Numbered from the stretch's first letter, positions 43,954 through 58,030 are shown. The stretch is DNA of 64,000 nucleotides from Eledone cirrhosa (GCA_964016885.1 OZ024741.1:303862001-303926000); one strand, 5' to 3'. Translations and numbers: made by a program. The notes: generated by a model from the letters alone, not told the origin.

Positions 43954-44184
43954 CATTGGTGCTCCAACATAGCGTTATACACATATATGTACGTGTTGTA
44001 TATCGAATGATATGCAAAATGTTTATGAAAAAAAATTTGACAGCCTTTCGCTATGAATTTTTAAGGCTGTGACTACCGTCACACATCCTTAGTCTCAGCA
44101 AAAACAAGGGGAAGGAACCGACAACGTTGTTTCTCGTTTGTTGGCAGTTGTCAAGTTTGCATACATACATACATACATATATAC

Positions 44185-47100
44185 AATGGAAGGAAGTTAT
44201 CTACGAGTATAGACTATTGATGAGGTGTTTGCAGATCCAGTACCTAAAATCGTCTATTTTGAAAAATAAATGCTAATTTTAGTGAATAGACGAACTCATC
44301 ATAGCTAAACGTATTAGTCGCCTTCGACCAAATCGCAACTACAACCATTGTATACAATGGAGCTACGATCTCAACAAAGATTTATATGAAGTATATAAAC
44401 AATCTGATCCCCAAAAGTTCGGTTTTATGCAGAGGCTAAAAAATTTGTGGAACTCCAAACACCCAGAAGTAGACTTTTCCCCAAAACATTTAAATGAACA
44501 GGCAGAACGTATCATTAGATGTAAATTGATACATCTAACGGAACTGAGCAACACTATAAAGACAGCCATTGAAGACAATCATGCCACTTTCACAGATGAA
44601 CAGAGAGAATGGTCAGCTAAATCTAGCAGTAAACAGCTCACCAACAACGTAGCTGAAATCCATAACTGTACTGTACAAACAGAACACCAAAAACTTATGG
44701 ACACCTTACAAGTGATATGGGATCATATGTTTCAAGAGATACACAGCCTTAATGAGAGTAACAGACCATACAATACCAGAATCAGTTAATAACCTACTAA
44801 ATTGAAATTGGAATTAGAAGCTGACAATTATCTGAAGGCCACACGGTCCAAAAGTGTGGAAACGACATATGAAATGCTTAATATTTTGTTATATGTTTCA
44901 GCTATCACATTTCTATACTATCATAAACATCTAAAACCACGCAACCAAGATACAAACAGAAAGCTTGAACCAGCGTGGATGCGTAATTAAAAAAAAAAAA
45001 AATTTGTTCCTGGGACGAAGTATCTCACAGATCGCTGTAGTTATAAAATGCAACATAGAGAGCAACTTCACACGACATCAGGAAGACTTAAGAAAAAAAC
45101 TAGAGAGGCGATTTTGAGATACAAGAATTACAACTCTAAACTCCAAACTACACCAGTAGAAACAACTCATAGCTACAGCGGAAAGACTAAAATATAAGTC
45201 AATAGCACATAAACGGCAAGTGCAAAATAGATTATTTGCCAGAGATCCTAAATCAGTTTATCGCAGCTTCAATCGGAAAAGCTCAATCTCTGTAAATGAC
45301 ACCTCCTACAAAAGAACAGGTTGAGAGCTACTGGAGATCTGTATTGGAAACAAATGACGGATTTAACAAACAAACTAAATGGCTAAAAGGACTGGAACAG
45401 GAATACTGCCAGCATATTCAGACAAAACAATATGACATAGATTGGTCAATAATGGAAACAGCTCTACAGAAAATGTCGAATAGGAAATCACCAGGCCTAG
45501 ACCTCATAACAGGATACTGGCTGAAGAATTTCACCTTCTATCAGCAAGATCTCATACGGCTGTTTAGAGAAACCATCAAAGGTACACAAGAACTGCCCCA
45601 ATGGTTATCAACTGCCACTACTCTCCTCATTCTCCAAAATAGCCAAACCACCCTAGCTAAAAATTATCGCCTACCAGAACATCATGTATAAATTATACAC
45701 TGAGTGCCTTAATATGTTCTTGCAGGATCATTGTGCCACCAACAACATTATAACACCTGAGCAAGCTGGTGGAAAGAAGGAGGTGTGGGGCTGCATAAAT
45801 CATCTACTAACAAATAAAATGATGCAGGAAAGAACAGCAAAGAATCGCAGGAAGATGACTGTGGTGTGGCTGGACTATCAGAAGGTTTTTTATAATGTAC
45901 CTCATGGGCGGATTATTAAGGCTTTACAGTTAGCCAAAATCCTACAACCACTAGTAGCTGCTATTGAACGCCTGACCAAGAACTGATACAGCAATTGATC
46001 CTTAGAGGGGGGTGAGAAGGAGAAAATTAAGACTGATACAATACATTACCAGAAAGACATATTTCAGGGTGATAGCTTATCAGTGCTGCTCTCCGTTCTC
46101 TCACTAAACCCACTATCATACCTGCTCACAAAACAAAGTGGTCATAGAAGTGGGTCCAGAAGTATCTCCCATCTTTTCTTTGTTGATGACCTGAAGTTGT
46201 ATGGGCCAAATACTAACTATATCAAAAAACAATTGGACCTCATCTCACAATTTTCTGTAGACATCAGAATGAAATGTGGTGAGTCCAAATGTGCAGATTT
46301 GACAGTAAAATATGGACGTGTTTTCCCTTCTCTGGAAATCTAGAGATGAACGGCTTGACAATACAACCTCTACAGTCAGGTGACAACTACAGATATCTTG
46401 GACAGGATGAGAATGTCAGGTATGATGGACCCATAAATAAGGAGAAAACAAGAAAATAATACCTCAGAAGAGTGAAGAAAATATGGTCATCAGAACTATC
46501 AGCGTACAACAAATACATTGCCCACAATACTTATGCTGTACCAATCCTAACACCAACATTTAGCTTGCTAAACTGGTCATTGCAAGAACTAAGTGAGATG
46601 GATGTAAGAACTCGCAAACTTCTCAGTGTTACTGGAAACTTTAACATCAATGGCGAATAGGTTATACTTCTCACGCAAGGAAGGTGGCCGGGGTCTAAAA
46701 TCCATATTAACATCATACGAGATCCGGATAGTAACACTTAAGTAACATCTTCGACAGAAGTAAAAGGTCAGCAACCATCTTGCCCAGGTTTATGAGCGTG
46801 AAGGAAATAATATCATTAGGATAGCCACTGATCTGGAGAAGAGATATGGAATAAGGCCTGATATAAATCTCTCTCCCAGGGACATTGGAAGATCATATTC
46901 AATGCTCAAACAAAATTTTTAAAATGGCCCAATTTACAGAGAAAGTTGTGCATGGGTACCTGAGACGAAAAACACAGACCATAGAGGGGATAAACCATTC
47001 AAAGAGCCTGGCATGGAGTTCCGATAAGTTTATGACATCCCACCTTGAAGGATATCTCTATGCAATACAGGAACAAGAAATCCCTACCAAATATCTGCAA

Positions 47101-49515
47101 CACAAAGGAGGGCCATCGGTCGTCAATAAATGTAGGCTATGTAAAACAAAGATCGAAGATGTTAACCACGTTGTTGCCTACTGCGAAATAATGTCGTCCC
47201 GTTACTACCTCCCTATGAGACACGATGTGATAGCTAGAACTATCTGGAACGCACTTAGGAAAACAAAATTAAAAACAAATGGGGAGGAATATATTGAGAC
47301 AGATGGCACTAAGGAATACTGGTGGAACCTGAAAATAAAAACTACCACCAAATTAAAGCACAACTGGCCTGATATTGTTGTTTGGGACCACACATTGAAA
47401 ACGTGCTTTATTGTAGAGATCAGCTGCCCACTTGATGTCAACGTAAGAAAAATACAAGCGAAGGAGGACATCTACAGGCCATTGATGAGGAGTTTGCAGA
47501 TCCAGTATCCAAGATACATCTTCATCTTCATACTCATCATTATTGGAGCTACAGGTTATATACCAACCCGCTTGGACCAAAGTATGACTGAACTTATATT
47601 TGTGAACAAAGAGCACAGCTCCCTAATTCATAGAATACAAATGACTGCGATAGCTGGCATTTCAAAATTTGCAAAACATTCTTGCGATTCAAGTGATAAC
47701 ACCGTGTAACATATTTTTTGTTACCCGGTTCTAAGTGTCATTTCCTGCTTTGTTATATCCCATTATTATTTTTTAAAAAACACTATTATCTAATCAGAAT
47801 ATGGGTTTGTGGTCAGGAGTTTGATATTTCGAAATTTTCATATTTTTCAAGAAAAAACACGTTTTTTTTTTATTTATCAGTTCATATAATTAAATCAAGA
47901 GTATATATTTATTTTATTACACAAGCTTATCAAAAGCAAACAAGTAAAAACAAATAACACTTATAAAGCAATTTATACACGTCATAAATGACTGGATTTC
48001 CTGGATTTGCGGTTGTAGTCCAGGTCGCATTCCCGCACTAGCCCCCAGATATAGTCCCCATCATTTTTTCATTGTAGTGGCCCTGGTACCTCCGCTCTAT
48101 CTCTTTCACATCTTGGTGGAATCGTTCGCCTTGTTCTTCTGAGTAGGCGCCCATATTGTCCTTGAATTTTTCCAGGTGAGCATCCAGCATATGGAGTTTA
48201 AGCGACATCCTAGATCCCATGGCGCCAAAAGCCTTTATCAGATCCTGCACCAGTTACTGGTAGTTTTCAGCTCTGTAGTTGCCCAGGAAGGCCTTAACAA
48301 CTGCCTTGAAACAGTTCCATGCTGTTCTCTCAATCCTATTGAGCTTATTGGAGAACTCGGTTGACTCAAACACTTTCTTTATCTGAGATCCAACAAAAAT
48401 TCCACTTTTGATTTTGGCCTCAGATAACTTGGGGAAGAACTCAAGAAGGTACTTAAAAGCGGCTGATTCTTGGTTGAGAGCCTTCACAAACTGCTTCATC
48501 AACCCCAACTTAATGTGCAGTGGCGGCATGAGCACAATCCTGGGATCAACCATTGGCTCCCACATGGCGTTCCGGGTCCCAGCTACAAATTCTGTTCGCT
48601 GCTCCCAGTTCTTTCTTTTGTAGTGGTCATAGGTGGCTCTGCTGTCCCAAAGGCAGAGGAAGCATTGGAATTTGATAAGCTTCCTTGGAGTCCAAGCAGG
48701 AAAGCCACCATCTTGAAGTCTCCAACGATTTCCCAATTGTACTGGTTGTATTGCAGAACTTCCAAGAGGACTTTCACACTGTAGTAATCTTCCTTCAGGC
48801 AGACTGAATGAGCTAGGGGCAGTGTCGGGAACTTGTTTCCATTGTGGAGGAGGACAGCCTTCAAACTTGTGGTGGAGCTGTCTATAAATAGCCGCCACTC
48901 CTTGGGCACAAACGGCACCCCAATAACGTCAAACAGTCCAGGCACGTCATGGCAGAAGCAGAGGCCATCCCTAAGAGTGTAAAAGCCTGAGAAAGGTTCG
49001 TGTCAAACTTCTCTGACTTGTCACCTGCACTTCCTCCTTGACCAAGTTCCACTGCTTCATTCTGGAGACGAATGCTTAAAACACAACTTACCCTTTATTC
49101 AGGGTGCGAAAATCTAGTATCAATAAATCTCTTTAATCCACTTTTTAACAATTTTATACTTTATTGCACTTTTATAATTTTCTTTAGGTATTACTCTTTA
49201 TTTTATAATTTTAATATAACCTGAAACATATAATAAAAAAATTATTTAACATAAGCAAATTAAACTTACATACAACGTAAAATCCAGCATACAAATAATT
49301 CTAGTGAATAGTTTAGAATTTTTACAAACCCAAACTTTTAACTGATTAATAGCACTTTTTTATTTATTTGGGACCTAAGCAACACAAAAGATTACAAGCC
49401 AGGAACAGAGAAACATTTTTTTTTTTTGTTACACGGTGTAATTTCTTTTCTTTTATAACCTTGCCACCAGGAAGGTGGCCGGTCAAAATGTGCTCGAAAT
49501 TGAGAAAAAGAGAAA
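44185..49515 (+). mobile_element. R4/Dong-clade RLE LINE, near full length, decayed, flanked by (CATA)n and interrupted by Chapaev copy 2
   Basis: FMQRLKNLWNSKHPE, KSPGLD, WLDYQK, IFQGDSLS, HLFFVDDLKLY, CRLC..HVVAYC, RHD, PDIVVWD..IVEISCP; multiple stops and frameshifts. Confidence 0.9.
47700..49438 (-). mobile_element. Chapaev3-type DNA transposon, copy 2
   Basis: TAA|CACCGTGTAACA ... TGTTACACGGTG|TAA (perfect 3-bp TWA TSD); same deletion structure as copy 1. Confidence 0.92.
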
Positions 49516-50521
49516 CATACATACATACATACATACATACATACATACTTGTAGCTATATACCAACTAGAAGTGTGAGACCCACTCCATCTGCGACTGTA
49601 GACTGAATAAATGTACATGTCCGCTTTAGCGATGGTATTGATAGCATGTTTATCATTATGTTTGTGTATGTGTTTTCGTCTATCTGTATGTGTCTTTGTA
49701 TGTCAGGGTGTAAGAGCATATGTGCGTGTGTAAGAGCATATCTTTGTGTGTCTGTGTATCTGTCTGTGTTTGTATGAGTGTGTGTGTATCTCTGTGTGTC
49801 TTCATGTGTGTGTGTATATCTGTCTGCGTGTGTTTATATGTATATGTGTGTGTGTCAGGGCGTATCTGTGTGTGTCTCTGTGTGACTATCTGTCTGTGTT
49901 GTATGTTTGTTTTTCAAGTTTGCGTGTGTTATTGATTTTATATTGATCTCGTATTGATTGCGGATATATTCTTGACTTTGTAATTTGGTCAAACACACAC
50001 ACCACAAAAGTATGTACATGTACGTGCCTTACACCATATGTATGTATATACATATGCATGTATGTATATATGTATATACATATATATATATGTATGTATA
50101 TCTATATATATAGATAGATATATAGATATACACACACACATACATATATATATATATACATATATATATAAAATATATATATATACATATACATATATAT
50201 ATACATTTACATATATATATAAATATATATATAATATATATATATACATATATACATATATATATGTGTGGGGGGGAGGGTATACGCGTGCGTGAGTGCA
50301 GCCATTTATCGATCGATTAAATAAATATCTGTATATCCAAAAGCTTCTATGTATGTGTATTGTATGTAATTCTGTACAATATAAATGTACACATACGTAT
50401 ATGCGCGCGCGTGTGTGCGCATATACATGTACACATATTTATTTAAACGTTTATATGTGAAGGTGTATCTATGTGGGAAATGAATATGTGGATTATAAAT
50501 ATACGAGTAGATTATTATATT

Positions 50522-50648
<127 letters not shown>

Positions 50649-50698
50649 ATACATGCATACATACATACATACATACATACATGCATATATATATACAT

Positions 50699-51481
50699 GC
50701 TGGCTGCAAACTCTGCTAAGAGTATTGCAATCGCTTGTAACAGATCCTGAACAAGCAATGCCTGTGCTTTGAAGGTTGTATAAGTGGGGAAAGCCCTTGC
50801 ACTCGACCAATCCCACTCTCTGAGCATCGAAAACACTACCCGAAAAGGAGAATTGGTCAACATCATCGGATGCATCCGAAGCAGCGGGGATTTTTTTTCA
50901 GTTTCCCTCTCTTGGAAAGGGGGGTCTTTCACTCCCAGGTAGGAAAAAAGTACTACTTGGATGGCCGTTGACTCTGCTGGGTGTCCAAATACCACCCTCC
51001 TCACCAAGCAAGCTTGGTGGGATTCCGGTTTAGACGCCGACGACCTGACCATGAGACAGGTTGTAGTAGGTTACGTGTTACCATTAGCACTCGAGGGCGA
51101 CCTGACATACATACATGCATGATGGTTGCAACTCGATTTCGAGTAATGCCATCGCTTGATACTTAAGCATGAGCATCACGGACGTGGCTTTGTATTCCTG
51201 CTGGGGACTTACCTATGGCCAACACTACCATTCATTGCAACAAATGCCACATATCAAGCGATGCCTGTGCTTGAAGCGTTTTTTAATTGAGGAAAGGCTT
51301 TACTCGGAGCCAATCCCATTCTTTAAACATCGAATGCATTTGCCCAAAAAGAAGAACTGGTCTACAGCATTGGATGTAAACGAAATCGCAGGTTTTCTAT
51401 CAGAGTGACCTTCTCCTAGAGAGATGTCTTAATGGAGACTAGGAGTCTCTCGCTCCTCAAAAGAGCACATACATACATACA

Positions 51482-51515
<34 letters not shown>

Positions 51516-52282
51516 CATAAGTACGTACGTACATACGTACGAACGTACGTACATACAAACATACATACATACATACATACATACATGCATACATACATAC
51601 ATACATACATACATACATACATACATACATACATACATACATACATACATACATACATACATACATACATACATGGTGGCTGCCAACTCGTTTTCGAGTA
51701 CGGCCACTACTTTATATCCATGTAGGAGAACCCCGACCGATGCGCTGAACGAGTGTGACTTTTTAGTCCAGCCAGCGACTTGAAAACTCTGGTACAAACA
51801 CTACACTTGTGACAACTATTGACACATAGTGCTGGGCCCATGGTACCATGTGACGACAAGTGCAGAGAGATCTCCAGATACAAAGCAATGCCTGTGCCGT
51901 GAAGCTTTTATAGTGAGCAAAGGCACTGCACAAAGCCAGTCCCACTCTCTTAACCAAGATGATATTTACCAAAAAGAATAACAAGTCAACATCATTGGAT
52001 ACCATCAGGGCTGCAGGTGTTATATCAGAGTTTTCCTTCTCCTAGAATTCTGCCTTGACAAAGGCTAAGGGGTCATCTCTCCCGGTGATTTTGGATGGCC
52101 ATTGACTCTTAAGAGATCCTTTGCCCTTTGACAGGTTTTGTTTTTAGTCCTGCAGGATGTCCAAAGTCACCCTCCTCACACAGAAACCTTCGTGGGGTTG
52201 CCAGTTTAGTCGCCAACGACCCGACCATGAGACAGGTTGTACTGGGATACATGTTACCAGTGGCACCAACTGGTGACCTGAC
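50699..52282 (-). mobile_element. Three stacked, diverged copies of a ~600-bp SINE-like element separated by (CATA)n
   Basis: Copies at 50699-51106, 51120-51466 and 51673-52282 share CAAGCAATGCCTGTGC, CCAATCCCACTCT and GACCATGAGACAGGTTGTA; minus strand has GAGAAGGAAAACTCTGA (RTE 5' UTR-like). Confidence 0.7.
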
Positions 52283-52526
52283 ATGCATACATACATACAT
52301 TGTAAATAGAATACAGACTTACTAATTATATAGATAATGATTTCTAATTTTGGCACAAGACCAGCAAATTAAAAGGAAGAAAAGGTCGATTATGTTAACC
52401 TCAACACATTACTGGTACTTTATCTTATTGACCTCAGAAGGATGAAAGGCAAAGTTGACCTCGGGATGTTGGACGAACTCATAACGTAAAAGCCCAGAAC
52501 AAATACTGTTCCGCATTATTTGTCCA

Positions 52527-52745
52527 GGTGGCGGTGGATTGGCACAATCGGTAGAGCGTCAGATAACATGCTTAGCCTCATAGAGTTACGGCCCGTTACG
52601 TTCTGAGTTCAAATCCCGTCGAGGTTAGCTTTGCATTTCATCCTCACGGGGTTGATAAAATAAAGTACCAGTAATGCACTGGAGTCGATTTAATCGATTT
52701 TCTCCTCCCCCAAAATGTCTGGCCTTGTGCCTATAAGGAATCATT
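52527..52745 (+). mobile_element. SINE family A, full length
   Basis: Head, body and tail present; an opposed copy lies at 52335-52520. Confidence 0.85.
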
Positions 52746-52751
52746 TTTATC

Positions 52752-53100
52752 CCCTCTCGGATCCCAAATAATAGGGGGAAATAAGCGGGGGTGGGAATAA
52801 TTGGGGGAGTTGGAATAAGCGGGGTGGGGGGAATCGGTAACTTTTCTAGGCTGTCTCCGTTGATTTTAAAAAAAACCAGAATTTGTCGTTTAGTTTACAT
52901 ATTGAGACCTCGACCCATCCTATTTATTTTATAACGAATGGGATTTCTAGTAATCTTTTTTGTTTTGTTTTTTTAATATATAAAGAAAATTAATTGTCGC
53001 AGGAATGCTACCACTTAAAATAAAATTTCGCCGGAGATAGATTAGAAAAATTTAATAAGCGGAATGGGGGTGAAATAAGAGCGGTGGGTTAGAAAAAATC
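52752..53100. mobile_element. Copy of the 37026 MITE-like element
   Basis: CTCTCGGATCCCAAATAATAGGGG and collinear body. Confidence 0.75.
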
Positions 53101-53899
53101 TGAATCTCCCGAGGGGGCCTTGGAGTGCCGTATTGACACACGCAGCATTTCTTGGACATTTTTTAAAATCTGGCGGAATCCATCCCTCTCCAGGTCTGAA
53201 TACAGCAGATTTCTTCTAGAGAAGGATAGAGAAAGTAAGAGAATGGAAGTGAGAAAGAGATATAGAGGAAAAATCGATCGAAGTTCTTGACTGGTACCTT
53301 TTTTGTTATCTACCTCGAAAGGATGAAAGGCAAAGTTGACCACTTAATTAGGGACGCTTACAGCTCCTTGGTTTTCCAAGCTGTCAGAAATGTATTATAT
53401 ATAAGTTGAATTTATTATAAATTAATTCTTGTTTTGGGTTTGGTTTGGTTTGGTTTGGGGTTTTTTTGGCGGGGGCGGGGGTGCTACTAAATAACAAAAC
53501 ATATAACTGGTTTTCTCTGCCTCAAGAAAGTAAAACGAATGGACCAATCAGAATGAAGCTTGTTGAAGTAAACAATCAAATACATATATTATCTACGAGG
53601 ACGCATTCATAGATATAGATAATATAATGATAAATAATTTCCGAAAATCTTTAAGGACAAATATAATAAAATGAGGTGAATTGACAAAGTTGTTAATACG
53701 TCAAATAGAAGGATTTGCGGTATTCTTTCCGGCTACTGCGCTCTGAGTTCAAATCTCACATATCTGAGATGTCCAAGATCGGCTTCGATCACTTTGATCA
53801 CATCCGAGCCGATCGATTTTGAAACAATTGTAATATGCAAATAAAGTTTCCACACAAGCTGCAAATCTGACTTCAATTATTTTCACTTTATATATATAT

Positions 53900-54305
53900 A
53901 AAAGATGAATGATGGCCGCATCCCAAAAGACATCTTTCATGGGGAGCTGACATCTGGAAAGAGAGCCACCGGTCGACCTCAGCCGCAATACAAGGACATT
54001 GTGAAGAGAGATATGAAGGCCATTGAGATCAACACGAGGGCCTCGCATCTGACAAGCCAAGATGGAGGAGCACTCTAAATCAACACCTCAAATCAGAGGA
54101 GGAGAGTTTAATGACTGCAGCAGTGGACAGGAGAGACCGGCGAAAGGAACGCAATAAATTCAGCTGACCAGAGACCATATACAGATGTGTTCAATGTGAT
54201 AGAGACTGTCACTCACGTATAGGTCTGTTTAGCCACCGGAGACGCTGCTCCAGCCGAGCTGACAACAGGATACTACCCATGGTCAGCCTTGACCGATAAA
54301 GGCCT
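53900..54305 (+). mobile_element. RTE/BovB-like LINE 3' fragment
   Basis: DGRIPKDIFHGELTSGKRATGRP..YKDIVKRDMK, plus C-terminal C2H2-like CVQCDRDCHSRIGLFSHRRRC. Confidence 0.8.
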
Positions 54306-54686
54306 TAAACTTAAACATTAAAAAAATATATATATATTGATAGTCTGCGGTACTAGGACCGGGAAGACCACAAATCAAAGAAGTACTCGATATATAGTAA
54401 GATGCGGAGTGGATATATTAGTGAAAGTAGAGAATCTACCGCTAGAGGTAACTAACCGAAACTGCCGAGCTCGTGGTAGATCCTCTACTTACACTAATAC
54501 ATATGTGGGTAGGGGGGTGTATGCGTGTGTGTAAAAAGCAAATAGAATAACAAAGCAAACAACAAAGTATGATACAATGAAAAAATATATTAGTTTGACG
54601 ATTGAAATAATAGGGAAAATGTCTTATATATATATATACACACATATATATATATATAGAGAGAGAGGGGGGAGGGAGAGAGGGAT

Positions 54687-54759
<73 letters not shown>

Positions 54760-55315
54760 GCGCTGTGCATACATACACACTCATCCATCCATCTTTCGTT
54801 CGAGCTATTAAATCTATATTTACACTCATTTATCCAGTTATCCATGTTTTTAACTATCTTTCATTTATTAAATAGCAAGAACAGAATTCTTCTGTGTCTA
54901 TCACATCATTTTGTTTAAGATAATATCTATTGTTGATAGTATGTTTTTCCTGTTTCCCTTAGTTTGTTAGACAGCTGCAACTTGTCTTGCTTTTGGAAGT
55001 GGTTGAGACGAACGAAGTTTCAAGTCTTAACGATGCCCGTATGATGAAAAATGTTTGTGTTTGAAACAATAAAAAGAGTTAAGCTTGCAAAAACGAGTCT
55101 GGTCAAAGAAACCAAACAACAAAATTTAAAAAAAACAGCAGCTGAACACTACTAACTAGTATACTCAACTAATATGGGATGAACGGAACTTATTAGATGA
55201 GAGAGAAGAGAGAGAGGGGGAGAGTGCGGAGGAGGGGTAAACATCTCATCGTGTTAGCATTTGCTGTAGAGTAGAGAATGGGGGGGAAAACAAAGCATAA
55301 CACTGGTTTACTTTA

Positions 55316-55351
<36 letters not shown>

Positions 55352-55354
<3 letters not shown>

Positions 55355-55451
55355 GGTGTATAAAAAAATGTATACGCACTTTGATTACCTGTACAGGCAA
55401 CATTTATTAGAATGTTGTTGCAGTGTGTATACATGTTTTGGGGACATCCTG
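55352..55451. mobile_element. Tc1-like MITE
   Basis: TA|CAGGGTGT..GGACATCCTG|TA; body matches 31223-31335. Confidence 0.75.
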
Positions 55452-55470
55452 TATATATATATATATATAT

Positions 55471-55628
55471 ACGTATATATATATATGTGTGCATGTATGT
55501 ATATATATATATATATACATACTACTGTACGTCTGTATACATATATGTATGTACGTGTACATACTTATATTTAAGTAACAGCCGTACTAAGAGTGGGAAA
55601 TGAAATTTCGTTTCATTTTTTCCGTTTA
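55471..55628 (+). mobile_element. Fragment of the 8541-9770 element
   Basis: CATACTACTGTACGTCTGTAT..GCCGTACTAAGAGTG.GAAATGAAATTTCGTTTCATT. Confidence 0.85.
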
Positions 55629-55735
55629 TATATATATATATATATATGATTAAAGTAAACCAGTTTTATGCTTTGTTTTCCCCCCTATATATATATATAT
55701 GATTAAAGTAAACCAGTTTTATGCTTTGTTTTCCC

Positions 55736-55804
<69 letters not shown>

Positions 55805-55889
55805 AATAAAGATTCAGCGAGAATCGCATTTTCGGCGGGCAGGAAAAGTGAAGCGAAACGCAAAAATCAGAAATGATACTGGCAAAGTG

Positions 55890-55940
<51 letters not shown>

Positions 55941-56351
55941 GGTGTATAAAAAAATATATACACAAATCTTGGGAGATGCTCTTGTTGTAATTGCTGTTGC
56001 AGAGGCTGTTGTTTTTGTTTTCTTATAATTTGGGTTGGAGGTCTCAATATGTAAACTAAACAACTAATTCTGGTTTTTTTTTAAATCAACGGAGACAAGC
56101 TAGTAAAATTATAGACCCCCCCCCCCCCCTATACACACACCGCTTATTCCAACCCCCTATTATTTGGGACCCCAAGGTAAACTATAGCTTAATTTATTCT
56201 CAAAACCGAGAGAGTAAAACTCAAGATGAAAAGAACTGAAATATTAGTATCAGGCGATATCAAAGTTCTCACACGGCTACAGAGATACTGTGACATGATC
56301 ACAGTTAAAATCGTTGTAGAGAGACTTATATATGTTTATTATATAAAGAAA

Positions 56352-56541
56352 GGCGGTGGATTGGCAGTATTGGTAGAGTGTCGGATGCCATGCTTTGCCG
56401 CATAGAGTTACGGCCCTTGCCATTCTGAGTTCAAATCCCGCCGAGGTTAACTTTGCCTTTCATCCTTACGGGGTCGATAAAATAAAGTACCAGTAATGTA
56501 CTGGGTAATTGCTGGCCTTGTGCCTAACGTAGAAACAATTA
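56352..56541 (+). mobile_element. SINE family A, full length
   Basis: Near-consensus copy. Confidence 0.9.
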
Positions 56542-56569
56542 TATGAACATATCGTATATGCCTTCATAT

Positions 56570-56611
<42 letters not shown>

Positions 56612-56670
56612 CTTTTATTTTAAAGTTTTTTCCACCCCTCCCCTCTCAGAACTCCTCTCCTTCCCACCAT

Positions 56671-56702
56671 TCTCCTGATGAAGGGCTTATACCCGAAACA
56701 TC
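56671..56702 (+). ncRNA. Decayed minimal hammerhead in a C-rich Penelope-type pseudo-LTR remnant
   Basis: CTGATGA-AGGG(CTTATA)CCC-GAAA-CA-TC; stem I partner lost. Confidence 0.5.
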
Positions 56703-57749
56703 GCCCCACCCCTCACTCTCAAGCGTGAACCCAATGCCTAACACCTTTCGTAACTGTACCCCTTGTATGTGTCCTGTGTGTCGTGCGTGTGGTCAGCTCT
56801 TCCTTTCATCCTTTCGGGGTCGATAACAAAAGAAGCAGTCCAGTCCTGGTCTCGAATCTTCCTCTATAGAAAAAAAATCGGCTGTGTTCAGACCTGGAGA
56901 GGGTTGGGCTCCTCCAGGTTTTAAAAAAATGCTCTAGACACGCCGTATTACGGTGCCTCTACGACTCCGCAAGGATCTTATGGGATCTGTATCCCTATAT
57001 TTATATATGTATGTGTGCATATATATGTGTGTGTATGTGTGTGTATGTGTGTATGTGTGTGGGTGTTCAAATTGTACACCTAATACACTTAATCTTATCG
57101 GTTAGCTATTGCACTTAACGTAATCTTATCTTTTTCTTCCCAATATTTTAATGTTATTTTACTGTCACATTTTATTTTATTTTACTCCTATGTTATTTTA
57201 CTATGTTACATTTTATTTTATTTTACTCCTTTATCTTTCGCTTGATAATAAGTTCAGCTCCTGTGACACTAAATGTAGCCTTAAAAAAACTTTCCTACAG
57301 AACCAAAGATCTGTCGGCGTTGACTATTAAAATCTTCAATTAAAATTATGATCCCCACTCTACAGACATCACCCATGATATACTATGGTGTGTCAAAATT
57401 TGCCATCGGCTCTTAACTGTTGATTGAGCGGTATGTGAGTATGAGTCATGTACGGTATTTAAACCTGGCGCGGAGTTCATCCCCTCTCCATGTCGGAGCA
57501 CAGATGATTTCTTCCAACGAACAAAAGAAATAGAGAGAGGGGCAAATAAGAAACGGGTACACAAGAATATCGACCCAAGTATAGGACTGGCACTATATTT
57601 ATTGACTTCGAAAGAAGCAAAGTTGACCTGAGCGGAATTTGAACCCAGAGCGCAGAGTTGCATTCCATCTGACGTTCTAACGACTCATCAGAGCCTCAGT
57701 TCCAATAGAATAATATTGCCCTTGTGAAAGTTTTGAGATCTTTTACCCA

Positions 57750-58030
57750 TCATCTGGTCCCGGTTTCTACTGTTCAAAACGTTTCAGGAACGTTGGAATT
57801 CCATAGAAAAGTCTCATTATCAAATTATCCTTGATGATGATGAGGTCATGGAAAATTTTTACAGGCAAAGAGGGAGATTGTTGAATATCTACTGAAGTAC
57901 TGCTTTCTGGAGATCATCTCCGAGAAGACTATCCCGAGTTCATAAAGCTCTCCTTTCTCTATCTTGGTAGTTGGCAATCTCCCCAGTTCTCCTTCTCAGT
58001 ATCAGGACCCACCACCAGAATAGTTGGACA
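57750..58030 (+). pseudogene. hATm-like transposase remnant
   Basis: SGP..LFKTFQERWNSI and LREDYPEFIKLSFLYLG..GP(T)HQNSW resemble the RDDY..LG..PG.HHARW block; frameshifted. Confidence 0.5.

Noticed and set aside
52195-52282. HDV-like ribozyme at the minus-strand 5' end of the RTE-related SINE
   Set aside because: The putative P2 (CCAGT/ACTGG) is not preserved in the 51030-51106 copy and P3/P1 cannot be formed; a tRNA-like head fits better.
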